From Chiloscyllium plagiosum (lineage: Eukaryota), in assembly GCF_004010195.1 (NCBI RefSeq), contig NC_057719.1:46728230-46792229 (forward strand): DNA of 64,000 bases. The letters are read 5' to 3'. Made by a program: the position numbers and the translations under genes. Under the pieces are notes generated by a model that ran no database searches, was not told where the DNA came from, and saw nothing but the letters and a program-made list of their open reading frames with translations. Of the stretch, positions 51,291-63,829 are shown in pieces. Positions within the stretch are counted from its first letter, which is position 1. Each line of letters starts with the position of its first letter.

Positions 51291-51479
51291 TGTCAAATGG
51301 GCTGGGCAGCTCTAGTCTATGTCCATTGCTCTTTTAAATATGGTTCCATGACCAGAGATGCCAGTATATCCTGGCAGCAGGAAGTACCTCTGGCCAGAAT
51401 GGGTGGGCGACTCAGGCTAACATCAGACAAGAGGGATATGCTGCGTAGTCAATGAGAAGAGTAAACTCACTAGGCTTCC

Positions 51480-52200
51480 TGGAGAGAAACCCTTCATGAA
51501 ATTGAACAAAAATGACAACTTGCCAAAATATGACAAGATTCAACCCAACTTATCCAGATTGTTATTCCTGATCCTATTTGGTTTTGTGTCGTCAGCAAAC
51601 TTGGAAATATTATATTTGATTCCCCTGTCCAAAGTTGATATTGAATAGCTGGGAGCCAAGCAGTATTTCCAGTTGCACCCCATTTAACACTACTTTCAAC
51701 TCCAAAAAAAATCCATTTATTCCTACTCTCCATTTCTTGCCTGCTAACTAATTCTCAGTCCATGCCACATTACCACCAGTCTCATGCATTTTGGTTTTGC
51801 AAATTAGCCTCTCACATGGGGCATTATTAAAAGCTTTCTGAAAATCTAATACGCAACATCAAGGTGGTTCACCCTTGTCTATTCCTCCAGTTACATCCTT
51901 TAAAAAATCCATTAGTTTTGTCAAATATGATTTTCTTCGATAAATCTATGTTGACTTTGTCTAATTCCTTTAGTATTTTCTAACTGTCCTGTTCTAACAT
52001 CCTTTACACTAACCCAACAGAAGTGGGGAAAATGTTGGAGACTAACTGGTCTGTATTTCCCTGCTTTCTCCTTCCCACACTTCTTTTTAAAATGCAGTGG
52101 GATTACAATTGTCACTCTCCAACTGACTGAGATTATTCCAGCAAAAACAGACGATTTCAGGATGACACCCAATGTTATCTCAATGGTCACCTCCAAAGAT
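51480..52200 (-). mobile_element. Old CR1 LINE RT fragment
   Basis: VTIVIPLHFKKK...GKYRPVSL; IRQSQHRF; DFQKAF; decayed GVPQG region. Confidence 0.7.
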
Positions 52201-52778
52201 GGCACTGTCGGCACTATAGGTAGTGTTTGGGCTCCTGACTCTGTCTGCTCTAAGCCGGATGCATCCTTCTTCCGTTTTCCTTTTTCTTTCTCTTTTTGAT
52301 TTTCTCCATCTTCAGACATCAGGGGAAGCCAGAGCAGTGCCGGGCGGGTCATCAGCTGCAGCGGCCATGTCTGCAGTGAGGACTTCTCGCTGTAGTAGGC
52401 CCAGAGCATAAATTCAGGGGACTTGGTGGGGTCTCATCCACGGCGGTGCTTGGTGGGTCATTGACTGTGGCAGTGACAATGCCCAGAGCCTGGACTCTTG
52501 GCGGTGACACCAGGTCGCTGCAGCGGAGGCAGTGTCCGGAGTGGGGTCTCTTGGCTGTGGTTGGCCTGAAGCATGGAGTTTTGCTGGGGTTTGTGTTGAT
52601 GGACCTGGAGTGGGAACACCTTGCAGAAGACCTGGAGCTGTGTTTGAAGGCCCCTTATACAGAGGATAGACTCTATGTAATTTCTTTTTTTTTGTAACTC
52701 AAAATGGCACCAGATTGTGGTGACAAAACACTTTTCGCTACAGTATGTCTTTCTAGATAAATGTAACAATAAATAACT
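52196..52778 (+). mobile_element. Non-autonomous interspersed repeat with a LINE-like 3' tail
   Basis: GC/CpG-richer block starting aagatggc and ending cacttttc...tgtaacaataaataa; family uncertain. Confidence 0.4.
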
Positions 52779-54074
52779 GACAGATTCCTTTAGTACATGG
52801 GACATAGGTTATCATGCACAATGAAATATTTAGCTTTGATTTGATTCGTAAAGGCAGGAAGCTTGACAGTTGCAACAGCCAAACACCAAGGATGTCATTC
52901 ATCAATTATTTCTGCAAATCCACAAAAGTTATTTCATGGTTTATTTTTAAAAACTGACTCAGTGGGACATTCATGATATACTCAGAATAAATGGGGACTG
53001 GCTGACAAATACCACAAACAAATATGGGAAGGAATAGCATCTATGTAGGTGTGTCAAACAATAATGTTTCATCATTTTCAACATGACAAATTTTCAAGTG
53101 ACAACATGATGTAACGCCTGGCAGTATTCATATATAAACCCATGCTGTGCCATATCCTGGTTCTGAAGATGCTGCCTTTTTACTCATACAGAAAAGTATG
53201 ACCAACTCACAGTGCATTATTTTTGTGTTAAGCAATTGGTCCACATGTTGACTATTTTTAGCACACAGTGGTCCACCACTGCACGCTATCGTATGATTAT
53301 CTGCAATGAATAAGGTTTGTGTGTAATCATGCTTACAATTCAACAAAAATAGTTGCTTCACCAACGCGTGTGTGGTCATTGTCGGGAAACAATTTCCCCC
53401 AACTACAAAAAAAATTGCTTAGAGTGACTATACCTTAAATGATTAATCTGAATTAAGATGTGTTGTTCTACTCATCTTCAACTTAGCCAGTGAATAAAAG
53501 CTTTAGGCTCCTTAACAAAGGATTTAACTTTTCAAATAAAATACAATCTCTCTGACCTCCTATTGAGAAATCCAGTCCAAGTATTATTCAGTTTGGGTCA
53601 GGAAATATCTCAGTCCAAACTAAACGTCTTTTGTTGCAAAGTTAGGATTTCTCTTGCAATACCTAATATATGGTGTGATTGCATCCTCCTGTAACATCTG
53701 AGGTGCCTTGGATAGACTTACTGTTACCATTTCTCTGATTGGTGTTGGTCTAAGTTACAAGATCAAATGAAGCAAGATACCCACATGAAGCCTTTGGCAG
53801 GAGAAAGGCTTGGTCTTGCTGAACAGAATAGGTCTATTACATAGTACTTAATAGTTACGTTACAGTAGAGTTACAGTAGAGTCTCTTGTGAGATATCAGG
53901 TTAGACTGAAGAGCAAGCACACTTTACTATTTAGCTACATGGAACTGAGCACACTTAGAAACTGGTCCTGAAAACCTTTGACCAATTCCTCCCAGGAACA
54001 GTATTTTAAATCCTTATGGCTGAAGCTTATCTCTTCAAGTTAGATAATCCTTTCAGGGACTAGAATAAAAGTAA

Positions 54075-54170
54075 TGGATGTTGGAAATCTGAAGCAAACA
54101 CTGAAAGCTCGAGAAACTCAACAGGTCTGGTAGCATCTGGGGAGAAAGAAGCAACATTAACATTTCAAGT
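54075..54170 (-). mobile_element. Penelope family 2 terminal remnant
   Basis: ggatgttggaaatctgaagcaaacactgaaagctcgagaaactcaacaggtctggtagcatc. Confidence 0.55.
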
Positions 54171-54532
54171 GCTGTTTTTAAAGTGCAATTTCTAAAAAAT
54201 AAATCTCTAAAGATTCTGGGTTAAATCTTTGATACTTTAGAGGAGATCATCTTTTAATGGCCAAGTTTCACCCATCATTCATTCATTCATTTAGTCCATT
54301 GATGAAGTGCTTTCTCTCCTTTGTCCAGTTTCCAATGCTGCAATACTTGCTGAGCATCATTGGACAAAAAAAAAACATTTTGTAGTCCGACTAAAGCAGT
54401 GGCATTATCATCGAGCTTTATTTAGCTCACTGGTTTCTTTGCTCTGCTGAATGCTGCTCAGCAATGATTGAAAATGCAAAGTGTCATTTTTAATGTTCTT
54501 AACTCCTCACATTCAATCTCAAATATCATTAA

Positions 54533-54735
54533 TTAGAATCTCTGTAGTTTGGACAACAAGTCCACAGCGACCCTCTGAAGAGTAACCCACCCAGACCCAT
54601 TCCCCTACCCTATATTTACCCCAGACTGATGCACCTAGCCTACACCTCCCTGAACACTATGGGCAATTTAGCATGGCCAATTCTCCTAACCTGCACATCT
54701 TTAGATTGTGAGAGGGAACCGGAGCATGTGGAGAA
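54533..54735 (-). mobile_element. HE1-like SINE 3' half
   Basis: Reverse complement of the tail and body seen at 3520-3692. Confidence 0.75.
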
Positions 54736-55847
54736 AATTTCGTCACAATGTCATCCAATCTTTTATTTTAATATGCAACACTTTACGCTTACCTGTGCTA
54801 AATTTCATCAGCCAGTTTTTAAAAAAATTCTTGATTATCCAGCTCAGCCAGTTTAATGTGGTATACAAATTTTATTAGCATGTATTTAGTTTCCAAAACC
54901 AGATTCTCAATCTACTAATTTACATTAAATAGAGCACTATTACATTCACCCATATCCTGCACCAGGCAAATACATATTTTCTATTCCTCAGCCAATCGTA
55001 TTGATTTATAGGCCTTAAATTGATTTGTGAACATATTATCTCTTGTTTAGTAGCGTACAATGATTGGCACATAAATATATTCTCAATGCTTTGAGTGCCT
55101 GCTGCATCAACATATCAGAAATTTGGAAACAATGCCCACAGTGTTTTCTGACATATGCCGGCATCAGGCAATGTTCCTCATCACTTTTGTGGGCTCTCAG
55201 AATAACTTTTCATATGTCCTTTTCCCACACAGTTTATTCTTACAGACTCTGAAATCAAACAAAATTAACATCAATTGCTATTCGATCTGTGTGTGGTTTC
55301 AGGCTAGGGACTTTAGTGTAATGGGAATTGACTCAAGATTGTCCACATTCATTTAATTTAATTTAGAACCATTATCAACCATCAGGGAGATGAGACCTTA
55401 ATCTCTGCTGTCTGGACAGGAATCAGACTCAAATCCCACAGGATGGAACACCAGGCCACCCAGTCTACCCTCAATAATAGCCCTGAGAATTGTTGTTGTT
55501 TATTCTTGACCTGGCAGAGATAACCTGGCATTTTAATCACATTACAGTTGTTTGGGTTTGTTCCTCATGTTAACATTGCGACAGGAGTGGCATTATCAGA
55601 TTGTAAAGAAAGAAACAATTGGTAGATTTTCTTTTCCAGCTCCTGGGTGGCAATCCAGCAGGGTGGACCACAGCATCACGGGTGGATATCCCACACGTTT
55701 CTAGGATCCAGTTAATTTTCATTACATTTCCATTGAAATCAAAAGCCAAAAGTAGTCAGGCAGTGAAGGTAAAAATCTTCCCCAGCATTACTGAAAGCCA
55801 AAGCCATTCTGCCAACACAGAACAAAGGAAGTGTAGATACTTTTAAA

Positions 55848-55955
55848 AATCAAACTGTTCAGAGATGTTATTACATACCTCTGGAGCAGGTGGAATTGCA
55901 CCTGGGCCTCCTGGCTCAGAGGTAGGGACATTACGACTGGGCCACAAGACTCCTC
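55848..55955 (-). mobile_element. Short tRNA-derived SINE
   Basis: Minus: tggcccagtcg (A box), ggtgcaattcc (B box). Confidence 0.6.
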
Positions 55956-57076
55956 AAGTATAATTTCCAACTGATTTAATACATGACTTCCCATTTTTTA
56001 AGGTATAATGTGGTAAATGCCCTCTTCTAGTCATTTCAAGCTGTATTCAGTTGCTTGCGAGATCCCACAGTTATGTTGCTCAACAGGCCAGCAATTCAAA
56101 TGCTTGTAAAGTTTGGTGAGGTACTGTGGTGTGGTCTTGGAGGGATGTTGAAGATGAGGTTCCTGACAGGGAAGTCAGAGTAGTTTTCTGCCTTCTTAAG
56201 AGACCCTATTTTGTTCACTGTATTGATGAGTGTTCTCTGTTGTGATCTCCTGGCTCAACCACAACTTTATTGCCATGTGGATGCATCTCTTGACCATCAT
56301 TCAGAGGCCATCTCAGGATGGAAGAGGAGGTGGCCTTAGGAACCCTTTACTTTAAACGTCCTATTAGTGAAATTCTAAATGAGACTCTGGGTTCCTGATA
56401 TGTCATTCGATGACCATTATTTTGCACCTTTTAAATCCATCTACATCCTTTAATTGACCTCAACTAACCTCTTGAAATTAAAAAAAAAACCGGAAGAGCT
56501 GATTGCCTGACCCTTTTCCGTGGTTATGTCAGAGCCCAGGTGTCCCTGGAGCAGGAGCACGCAATGTCCACCAACACCCTTGAGATTTTCAGGAAAAGGT
56601 GGGCAGTGCAGGGAATGGAGTTTATTATTTCCCCCTCTAACTCTATTTTGGTTCAATCCCTGCCCTCCCCTTCACTGTTTGATCACACAGCAGTGCCCTT
56701 CTCAAAGGCACTGAACACTCAGATGTTTCCTTTCTTCCAGGTGGTGGAATATAAATAAAGATTTACGCATTTGTTATTTAGAAAAAAAAATAAAAATAAC
56801 TAGAACAGCTTTTTCCAATGACACATGCGAATTTTTCAAAACCAAACAGTGACTCATTCTGCTGGTCTTGGGGGGGTCTTTACTTGTCTTAGTGATCTTA
56901 CACAGTGCTACCTGAGTCATTCTTGTGTAGCTGTTAGAGGGCTATTGATTTTCACTGGAGGAGACCTTCAGTGAACTTCCAGGATGCTGCCCAGTAGCTC
57001 CAGGCCTTCAGAACCTGGCTTTGGATTGTAGCAGCTTGGTGTGGGCTAGAGCAGTCTGGGCAACAGTGGGAGCGCA

Positions 57077-57229
57077 GAGAGAGAGAGAGAGAGCGCGCGC
57101 GAGAGAGAGTGAGAGAGCGAGAGAGAGCGAGAGAGACAGACAGACGGAGAGACAGAGAGAGAGAGAGAGACAGACGGAGAGACAGAGAGAGACAGAGAGA
57201 GAGAGAGACACACAGACAGACAGAGAGAC

Positions 57230-57264
<35 letters not shown>

Positions 57265-57380
57265 GAGAGACAGACGGAGAGACAGAGAGAGAGAGAGAGA
57301 CACAGACACAGACAGACAGAGAGACAGGCACAGAGAGAGAGACAGAGACAGAGAGACAGACACAGAGAGAGAGAGAGAGA
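57077..57380. repeat. (GA)n/(GACA)n compound microsatellite
   Basis: Direct reading. Confidence 0.98.
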
Positions 57381-57926
57381 CTATCCTAATGTTGTGACTT
57401 TCACAGCACACTAGACTGCATTAACATATCAAGCCATTAACATAGAGACCAGGGTTTGCAGTTGGGTTTTAACTTTTCTGTCTGTGTGTTCTTGGAGGCA
57501 TGTAAACACAAAATTATCTACAGTTACGGTGTAATCAGGAAATCAACTTTCTGGTGACAGGAATAGTCAATCCCTCGTGATCTCTAGCGTCACAAAAATC
57601 ACATTCCAGTTTATTTTGTATTACTTCTCTCCCTTTGACGGGTTGTTGTTTGAAGTTCCCTTGACATCTTCAGGTGTGACATTCCATGCTTCCTCCCAGG
57701 GCTACCCCATGCAGCCACTGAATTTATAAACAACTGCAGTCAAGTTTTGATTATATGTTCCTTTTTAAAAAGCATGTGGTAACTACAATAGTCTGAGGTT
57801 ATTAACAATTATCATAACACATAGTTCATAAAGTGTTCAGCAGGTTCATGCTCCTTTGCCAATCACTCCGTAATCCTAGTAATTTGTGAGAGGGCATATG
57901 TATGAGACTTTGGAATCAGCTATGAG

Positions 57927-58153
57927 CTTAGATTAGAGTGGTGCTGGAAAAGCACAGCAGGTCAAGCAGCATCGGAGGAGCAGGAAAATCAATGTTTCAG
58001 GCAAAAGCTCTTTATCCTCCATTCCTGATGAAGGCCTTTTGCCCGAAACGTCGATTTTCCTGCTCCCCAGATGCTGCCTGACCTGCTGTGCTTTTCCAGA
58101 GCCACTCTAATCTAAACTCTGGTTTCCAGCATCTGCAGTCCTCACTTTTGCCT
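57927..58153. mobile_element. Penelope family 1 fold-back insertion with TSD; hammerhead motif at 58025-58052 (+)
   Basis: Inverted arms; cagctatga on both flanks; CUGAUGA-A-GGCC-uuuu-GCCC-GAAA-C-GUC (one stem II mismatch). Confidence 0.8.
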
Positions 58154-58389
58154 AAACAGCTATGACCACAGAGTTCACAGTCAGGCTACCAGCAGTCTGG
58201 ACCGGAATGAGATCAAGTATGGATTTTGTAACCTCAGTCTGAACTTCCACTGTAGCACTGAAATTCTATGTTGTTGCTTACTGTGTTGCAATGAAACTTG
58301 AAATAAGTCAGTCACCAGACACTGCATGATGGCTGGATCCAGGTATATTATAACTAATAACTCTCTGTTACATTAAAGCTGGTCTCCTC

Positions 58390-59470
58390 ATGTTTCTTGA
58401 CATAGAATCCTCTCAATGTGGCAGACCTGGCAATGTAATAAGAATCTCAGTGTTCGTGTTCATCAGCAACATTCATCAAAATCCTGAAAATTCTCTACAA
58501 CAAATATTACCTGAATGCTTACCACCCAGGGAGCTGCACCTGAACTCCCCTGTCCCCAGGGTCTGGCAGTAGCCCATTCATTCTCATTGACTCAGCATGG
58601 GTAGACCCTGCACTATGTTACCCAAGGTACACAGAGTCAATATCTGAACCGGTGGCTGTGTGTGCTTCTTCTGTTTCTTCTTCAATAGTTCTTGTCCTCC
58701 CTGATGAGCTATATTCAGTGAGCAAGGGCACTTTTAGGTATTTGAATACAAAGCCAGAGGGAGATGTTTGATTGAAGGATATAGAAGGTAGAACAGAGAA
58801 AAAAAAGAGTCAAAGTTCATATCATCACTTGGTATGAGATAGCAGGATCTGGGGGAGGAGGAATTTGAAAAGCAGCATAAGACAAGAACATAGTCCCTCT
58901 GATGGTTTTTAATGATGGTGAATGCAAATGTTTCTGTCACAGCAATCCCTATGACATAGAACATCATCTCTTCCAGAAGACTCAGGGGATGTGGGTATAC
59001 CTGTTTCCCCACCCTGTTCTGCTCTGTTCCCTTCTGCTGTGGATCACATTATCCTGCAAGAGAGAAGGGGGAGGGGGTGGAAAATAGGTGGATGTATGTC
59101 AAAGCTGTAACAGATAGACATGAGGCTGGTGATGTTGGTACATGTGGGAGGGCGAGGTGGCATCTCTGAATGTTAGATACAAGTCCTGATTACTGCTGAG
59201 TGAGTAACACATTGAGCACTGGGAGAGGTTGCTGGTGTAGTCGGTAGGAGATATCCTGTCAGGCTGCATTCACTGATCTCATGAGATTATTGAATCTCTT
59301 GCAGTACCCCAGGTTCACAGGGGAGAACACTAGAAATGGACTTTCCCAGCCACCTGAGCTCAGTCACTCCCAGAGAGCATCCTGACCTCCTCGCTTCCTT
59401 TGCACCTTTTCTGCAAACATCTCCAGTGTCACCTCAGAAAACCAGAGAGCCTTCGCTCTGCCCTACTTGC
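58390..59470 (-). pseudogene. Harbinger-type Myb/SANT gene remnant with an apparent intron
   Basis: Minus: RAKALWFSEVTLEMFAEKVQRKR; YCKRFNNLMRS; acceptor ttctctcttgcag then DNVIHSRREQSRTGWG; PLSLLEE; TEILITLPGLP. Confidence 0.6.
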
Positions 59471-59852
59471 TGTGATTATTCTTTGACTACATTCTCCACA
59501 GAGGCAGTGACAACCTTTCTATAAAATGAACATAATACCCATTTAAAGAGAAGAGCTTGTCTTTAACTGATAGTATGTAATGATGATAGATTAGAACCAC
59601 AACTTACTAATGGACTTATTGAACTTATAATTCCAATATGTTTTTTTTTTAATAGAGAAGATTGCTTCAGTCTCAAAATGTCTGGGAAATGAACTCTGAC
59701 TGTCTTGCAAAGTGTTTTGGAGATCCACGGATTGTCACAGCACCACAGTGACATGGTAATTGCAGACAGTAAGACTAAAAAGAAGAACAGATTATGAGAG
59801 GTGACTAAACACTCCCCATCACTCCTATCAGGAGAAAGCCATCTGCTTCAGA

Positions 59853-62430
59853 CATAGAGTCATAGAGATGTACAGCACGGACACAAACCCTTCGGTCCAA
59901 CCTGTCCATACCGACCAGATATCCCAACCTAATCTAGTCCCATTTGCCAGCACTTAGCCCATATTTCTCTAAACCCTTCCCGTTCATATACCCATTCAGA
60001 TGCTTTTTCAATGCTGTAATTGTACCAGCCTCCTCCACTTCCTCTGGCAGCACCTTCCATACTTTAGGTCCCTTTAGGTCCCTTTTATATCTTTCCCATC
60101 TCACCCTAAACCTATGCCCTCTAGTTTTGGAGTACTCCACCCCAGGGAAAAGACTTTGTCTATCTATCCTATCCATGTCCCTCATGATTTTATAAACCTC
60201 GATAAGGTCACCCCTCAGCCTCCGACGCTCCAGGGAAAACAGCTCCAGCCTATTCAACCTCTTCCTGTAGCTCAGATCCTCCAACCCTGGCAACATCCTT
60301 GTAAGTCTTTTCTTAACCCTTCCAAGTTTCACAACATCCTTCCGATAGGAAGGAGACCAGAATTGCACAATATTCCAACAGTGGCCTAACCAATGTCCTG
60401 TACAGCTGCAACATGACTTCCCAACTCCTATACTCAATGCTTTGTCCAATAAAGGAAAGCATACCAAACACCTTCTTCACTATCCTATCTACCTGCAACT
60501 CTACTTTCAAGGAGCTATGAACCTGCACTCCAAGGTCTCTTTGTTCAACAACACTCCCCAGGACCTTACTATTAAGTGTATAAGTCCTGCACTGATTTGT
60601 TTTTTCCAAAATACTGCATCTCGCATTTATCTAAATTAAACTCCACCTGACACTTCTCAGTCCATTGGCCCATCTGATCAAGATCCCATTGTACCCAGAG
60701 GTAACCCTCTTCGCTGTCACTACACCTCCAATGTTGATGTCATCTGCAAACTTACTAACCATGCCTCCTATGATCACATCCAAATCATTTATATAAATGA
60801 TGAAAAGTAGAGGACCCAGCACCGATCCTTGTAGCACTCCAGTGGTCACAGGCCTCCAGTCTGAAAAGCAGCTCTCCTCCACCACCACGCTCTGCCCTCT
60901 ACCTTCGAGCCAGTTCTGTATCCAAATGGCTAGTTCTCCCTCTATTCCATGAGATTTAACCTTGCTAACCAGTCTCCCATGAGGATCCTTGTTGAACGCC
61001 TTACTGAAGTCCATACAGATCATGTCTACTGCTCTGCCCTCATCAATTCTCTTTGTTACTTCTTCAAAAAACTGAATCAAATTCATGAGACATGACTTCC
61101 TGCACTCAACGCCATGCTGACTATCCCTAATCAGTCCTTGCCTTTCCAAATACATGTACATCCTGTCCCTCAGGATTCCCTCCAACAACCTGCCCACCAC
61201 TGAGGTCAGGCCCACTGGTCTAGAGTTCCCTGGCTTTTCCTTACCACCCTTCTGAAACAGTGGCACCACGTTAGCCAACCTCCAGACTACAGCACCTCAC
61301 CTGTGACTATCGATTATACAAATATCTCAGCAAGAGGCCCAGCAATCACTTCCCTAGCTTCCCACAGAGTTCTAGGGTACACCTGATCAGGTCCTGGAGA
61401 TTTATCCACCTTTAGCCATTTCAAGACATCCAACACCACCTCCTCTGTAATATGGACATTTTTCAAGATGTCACCATCTATTTCCCCACTTTCTATATCT
61501 TCTGTGTCCTTTTCCACAGTAAATACTTGTTTGGTATCTTCCCTCATCTCCTATGGCTCCATACAAAGGCTGCCTTGCTAATCTTTGATGGGCCCCTATT
61601 CTCTCCCCAGTTACCTTTTGTCTTTAATGTATTTATAAAAACCCTTTGGATTCTCCTTAACCTTATTTGCCAAAGCTATCCCATGTCCCCTGTTTGCCCT
61701 CCTGATTTCCCTCTGAATTATACTCCTACTTCCTTCATACTCCTCTAAGGATTCTCTCAATCTCTCCTGTCTATACCTGACATACGCTTCCTTCGTTTTC
61801 TTAACCAAAACCTCAGTTTCGCCAGTCTTCCAGCATTCCCTCCACCTACCAGCCTTTCCTTTCACCCTAACAAGAATATACTGTCTCTGGATTCATTTTT
61901 GAAGGCTTCCTATGTTCCTTTTACCTGCGAACAATTGCCCTCAATCAGCTTTTGAAAGTTTTTGCCCAATACCGTCAAAATTAACCTTCCTCCAATTTAG
62001 ATATTTAGCTTTTAGATCCAATCTATACTTTTCCATCACTACTTTAAAACTGATAGAAGTATGGTTGTTGGCCCCAAAGTGCTCCCCCACTGACACCTCA
62101 GTCACCTGCCCTGCCTTATTTCCCAAGAGTAGGTCAAGTTTTGCACCTTCTCTAGTAGGTACATCACATACTAAGTCAGAAAATTGTCTTGTACACACTT
62201 AAATTCCTCTTGACCTAAACCCTTAACACTATGGCAGTCCCAGACTATATTTGGAAAGTGAAAATCCCCGACCATAACCACAGATAACTGAAATCGCCTT
62301 ACAAATTTGTTTCTCAGTTTCCCATTGACTATTAGGGGGTCTATAATACAATGCCAATAAGGGGATCATCCCTTTATTATTTCTCAGTTCCACCCAAATA
62401 ACATCCCTGGATGTATTCCAGGACTATTCT
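59853..62430 (-). mobile_element. Long 5'-truncated CR1 LINE (HER1-like): endonuclease C-terminus, RT and 3' UTR, frameshifted
   Basis: PTREGAKLDLLL, ANNH, KSPGPD, RPVGLTSVVG, MDFSKAF, GVLQGSVLGP, KFADD, RLRGDLIEVYKI; (catagagt)n tail on +. Confidence 0.95.
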
Positions 62431-63324
62431 CTCTAAGTTTTACCATTCTAAGGAAATACAAAAAATGTGACTAAATACCCACTGGTCTGTGTGAATTAGT
62501 GGACTGATGTCCTAATATATGGACTGGTGTTCTGAAGATCACGGTTTGAGAAGAGCAATTGATAAACCCTCCATTGCTGGTCAAGAAATGGAAAGAGTGA
62601 GTGGTTTTCCAAGTGCTGTCAGCCAGCCAATGTCAAAAGGAACCAGAACAAAAGAATTTCAGTTAAATAAGCTGAGGATTTGAAATTGATTGCTCAACTG
62701 CCAACATCATGCTACCAGCACCATCCAAAGTAATGGTTGCAATATTCTACTCTATAAACTTCAAGAATGGCTTGGAAATTGATTTTAAATCATTTTTAAG
62801 CTGATTTGTTTGGAAGCACTTCTTATCCCCAATCTGGATTTTTAAAATGTACTGTGCTATGATTTTTTTCTCATATTTAGGAACTAATAAACTCACTTTT
62901 TTGTTACGTCATACAGACCTGGCTAAAATTGCTCGTTTTAAAATAGAAGTTTATTGTGTGAGTGAGAACGGTATCTATCATTTAAGGAATCACTTTTGGA
63001 ATAACCTTGTTTCAACCAATTGAAGAGGCAGGAGAAAAAAGAAGAGGAATCAGATGACCCCTTCTTACCCTGTAGCTTGGCAACCATGACAACTTGAGAA
63101 ACCTTGTCCAGGTCTGATCATCCAGAAGTCTTCCTGAAACAGGCATTAGCCAGCCATGCTGCTTGGCACCTGCTCCATCAAACTGAGACAACCAACAGTG
63201 CATTTGGGGATGGACTGCACACTCAGAGTCATTTAAATGAAGCAGCAGCATAAAACTTGCATGCTCCCTGTCTCAGTAAGATTCTTCACTTCTTTTTCTT
63301 TGTCCTTTCCCAATTTTTCTGAAC

Positions 63325-63560
63325 CCAAGTGGCTTTCCTGGCCATTTCAGAGTGCAGTTAAGAGTCAACTGTATTGCTGTAGGCCTGGGGTCACATGTAG
63401 ACCAGAAAGAAAGCAAAATGGCAGATTTCACACAGTAAAAGATGGCGAATTACAGCCATCACAATCACGTTCACTGAGGCAAGTAATCTATTCCCGATGC
63501 TGTGATGGAATTTGAACTGCCTTTGACTCCAGAATATTAGTATGTCCCTCTGCAGTCACA
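63325..63560 (-). mobile_element. Old SINE/LINE-tail remnant
   Basis: ccatttcagagtgcagttaagagtcaac...ggaatttgaac (reverse B-box-like). Confidence 0.45.
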
Positions 63561-63829
63561 TTGGAGAGATATGCATGGACTAATCAAGACTTTCAATCTA
63601 CACACCAGCAAATACAGGCCATCAAAATGTTTCCCCGGTGAGAAAGTTGATAAACATATCACTGAGGGCGGTAGATTTTATTTATTCTACAATCACATAA
63701 GCTATCTGACCTGTTGACAGTTTCCACCATCATTTGGATGTGATCTTTTGGTTTCAGACAGCCAGCATAGGCACTTGTCGATTTCTATAGTGTTAAAACA
63801 TTGCGGTGTTTGTGCTCTAACTGAGACTT

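Noticed and set aside
53690..53939. Short solo LTR (tgtaaca...gctaca)
   Set aside because: No target-site duplication and no second copy in the window
57008..57414. RE-rich and SL-rich ORFs (also VC-rich ORFs at 19889-20274)
   Set aside because: Translations of (GA)n and (TG)n microsatellites
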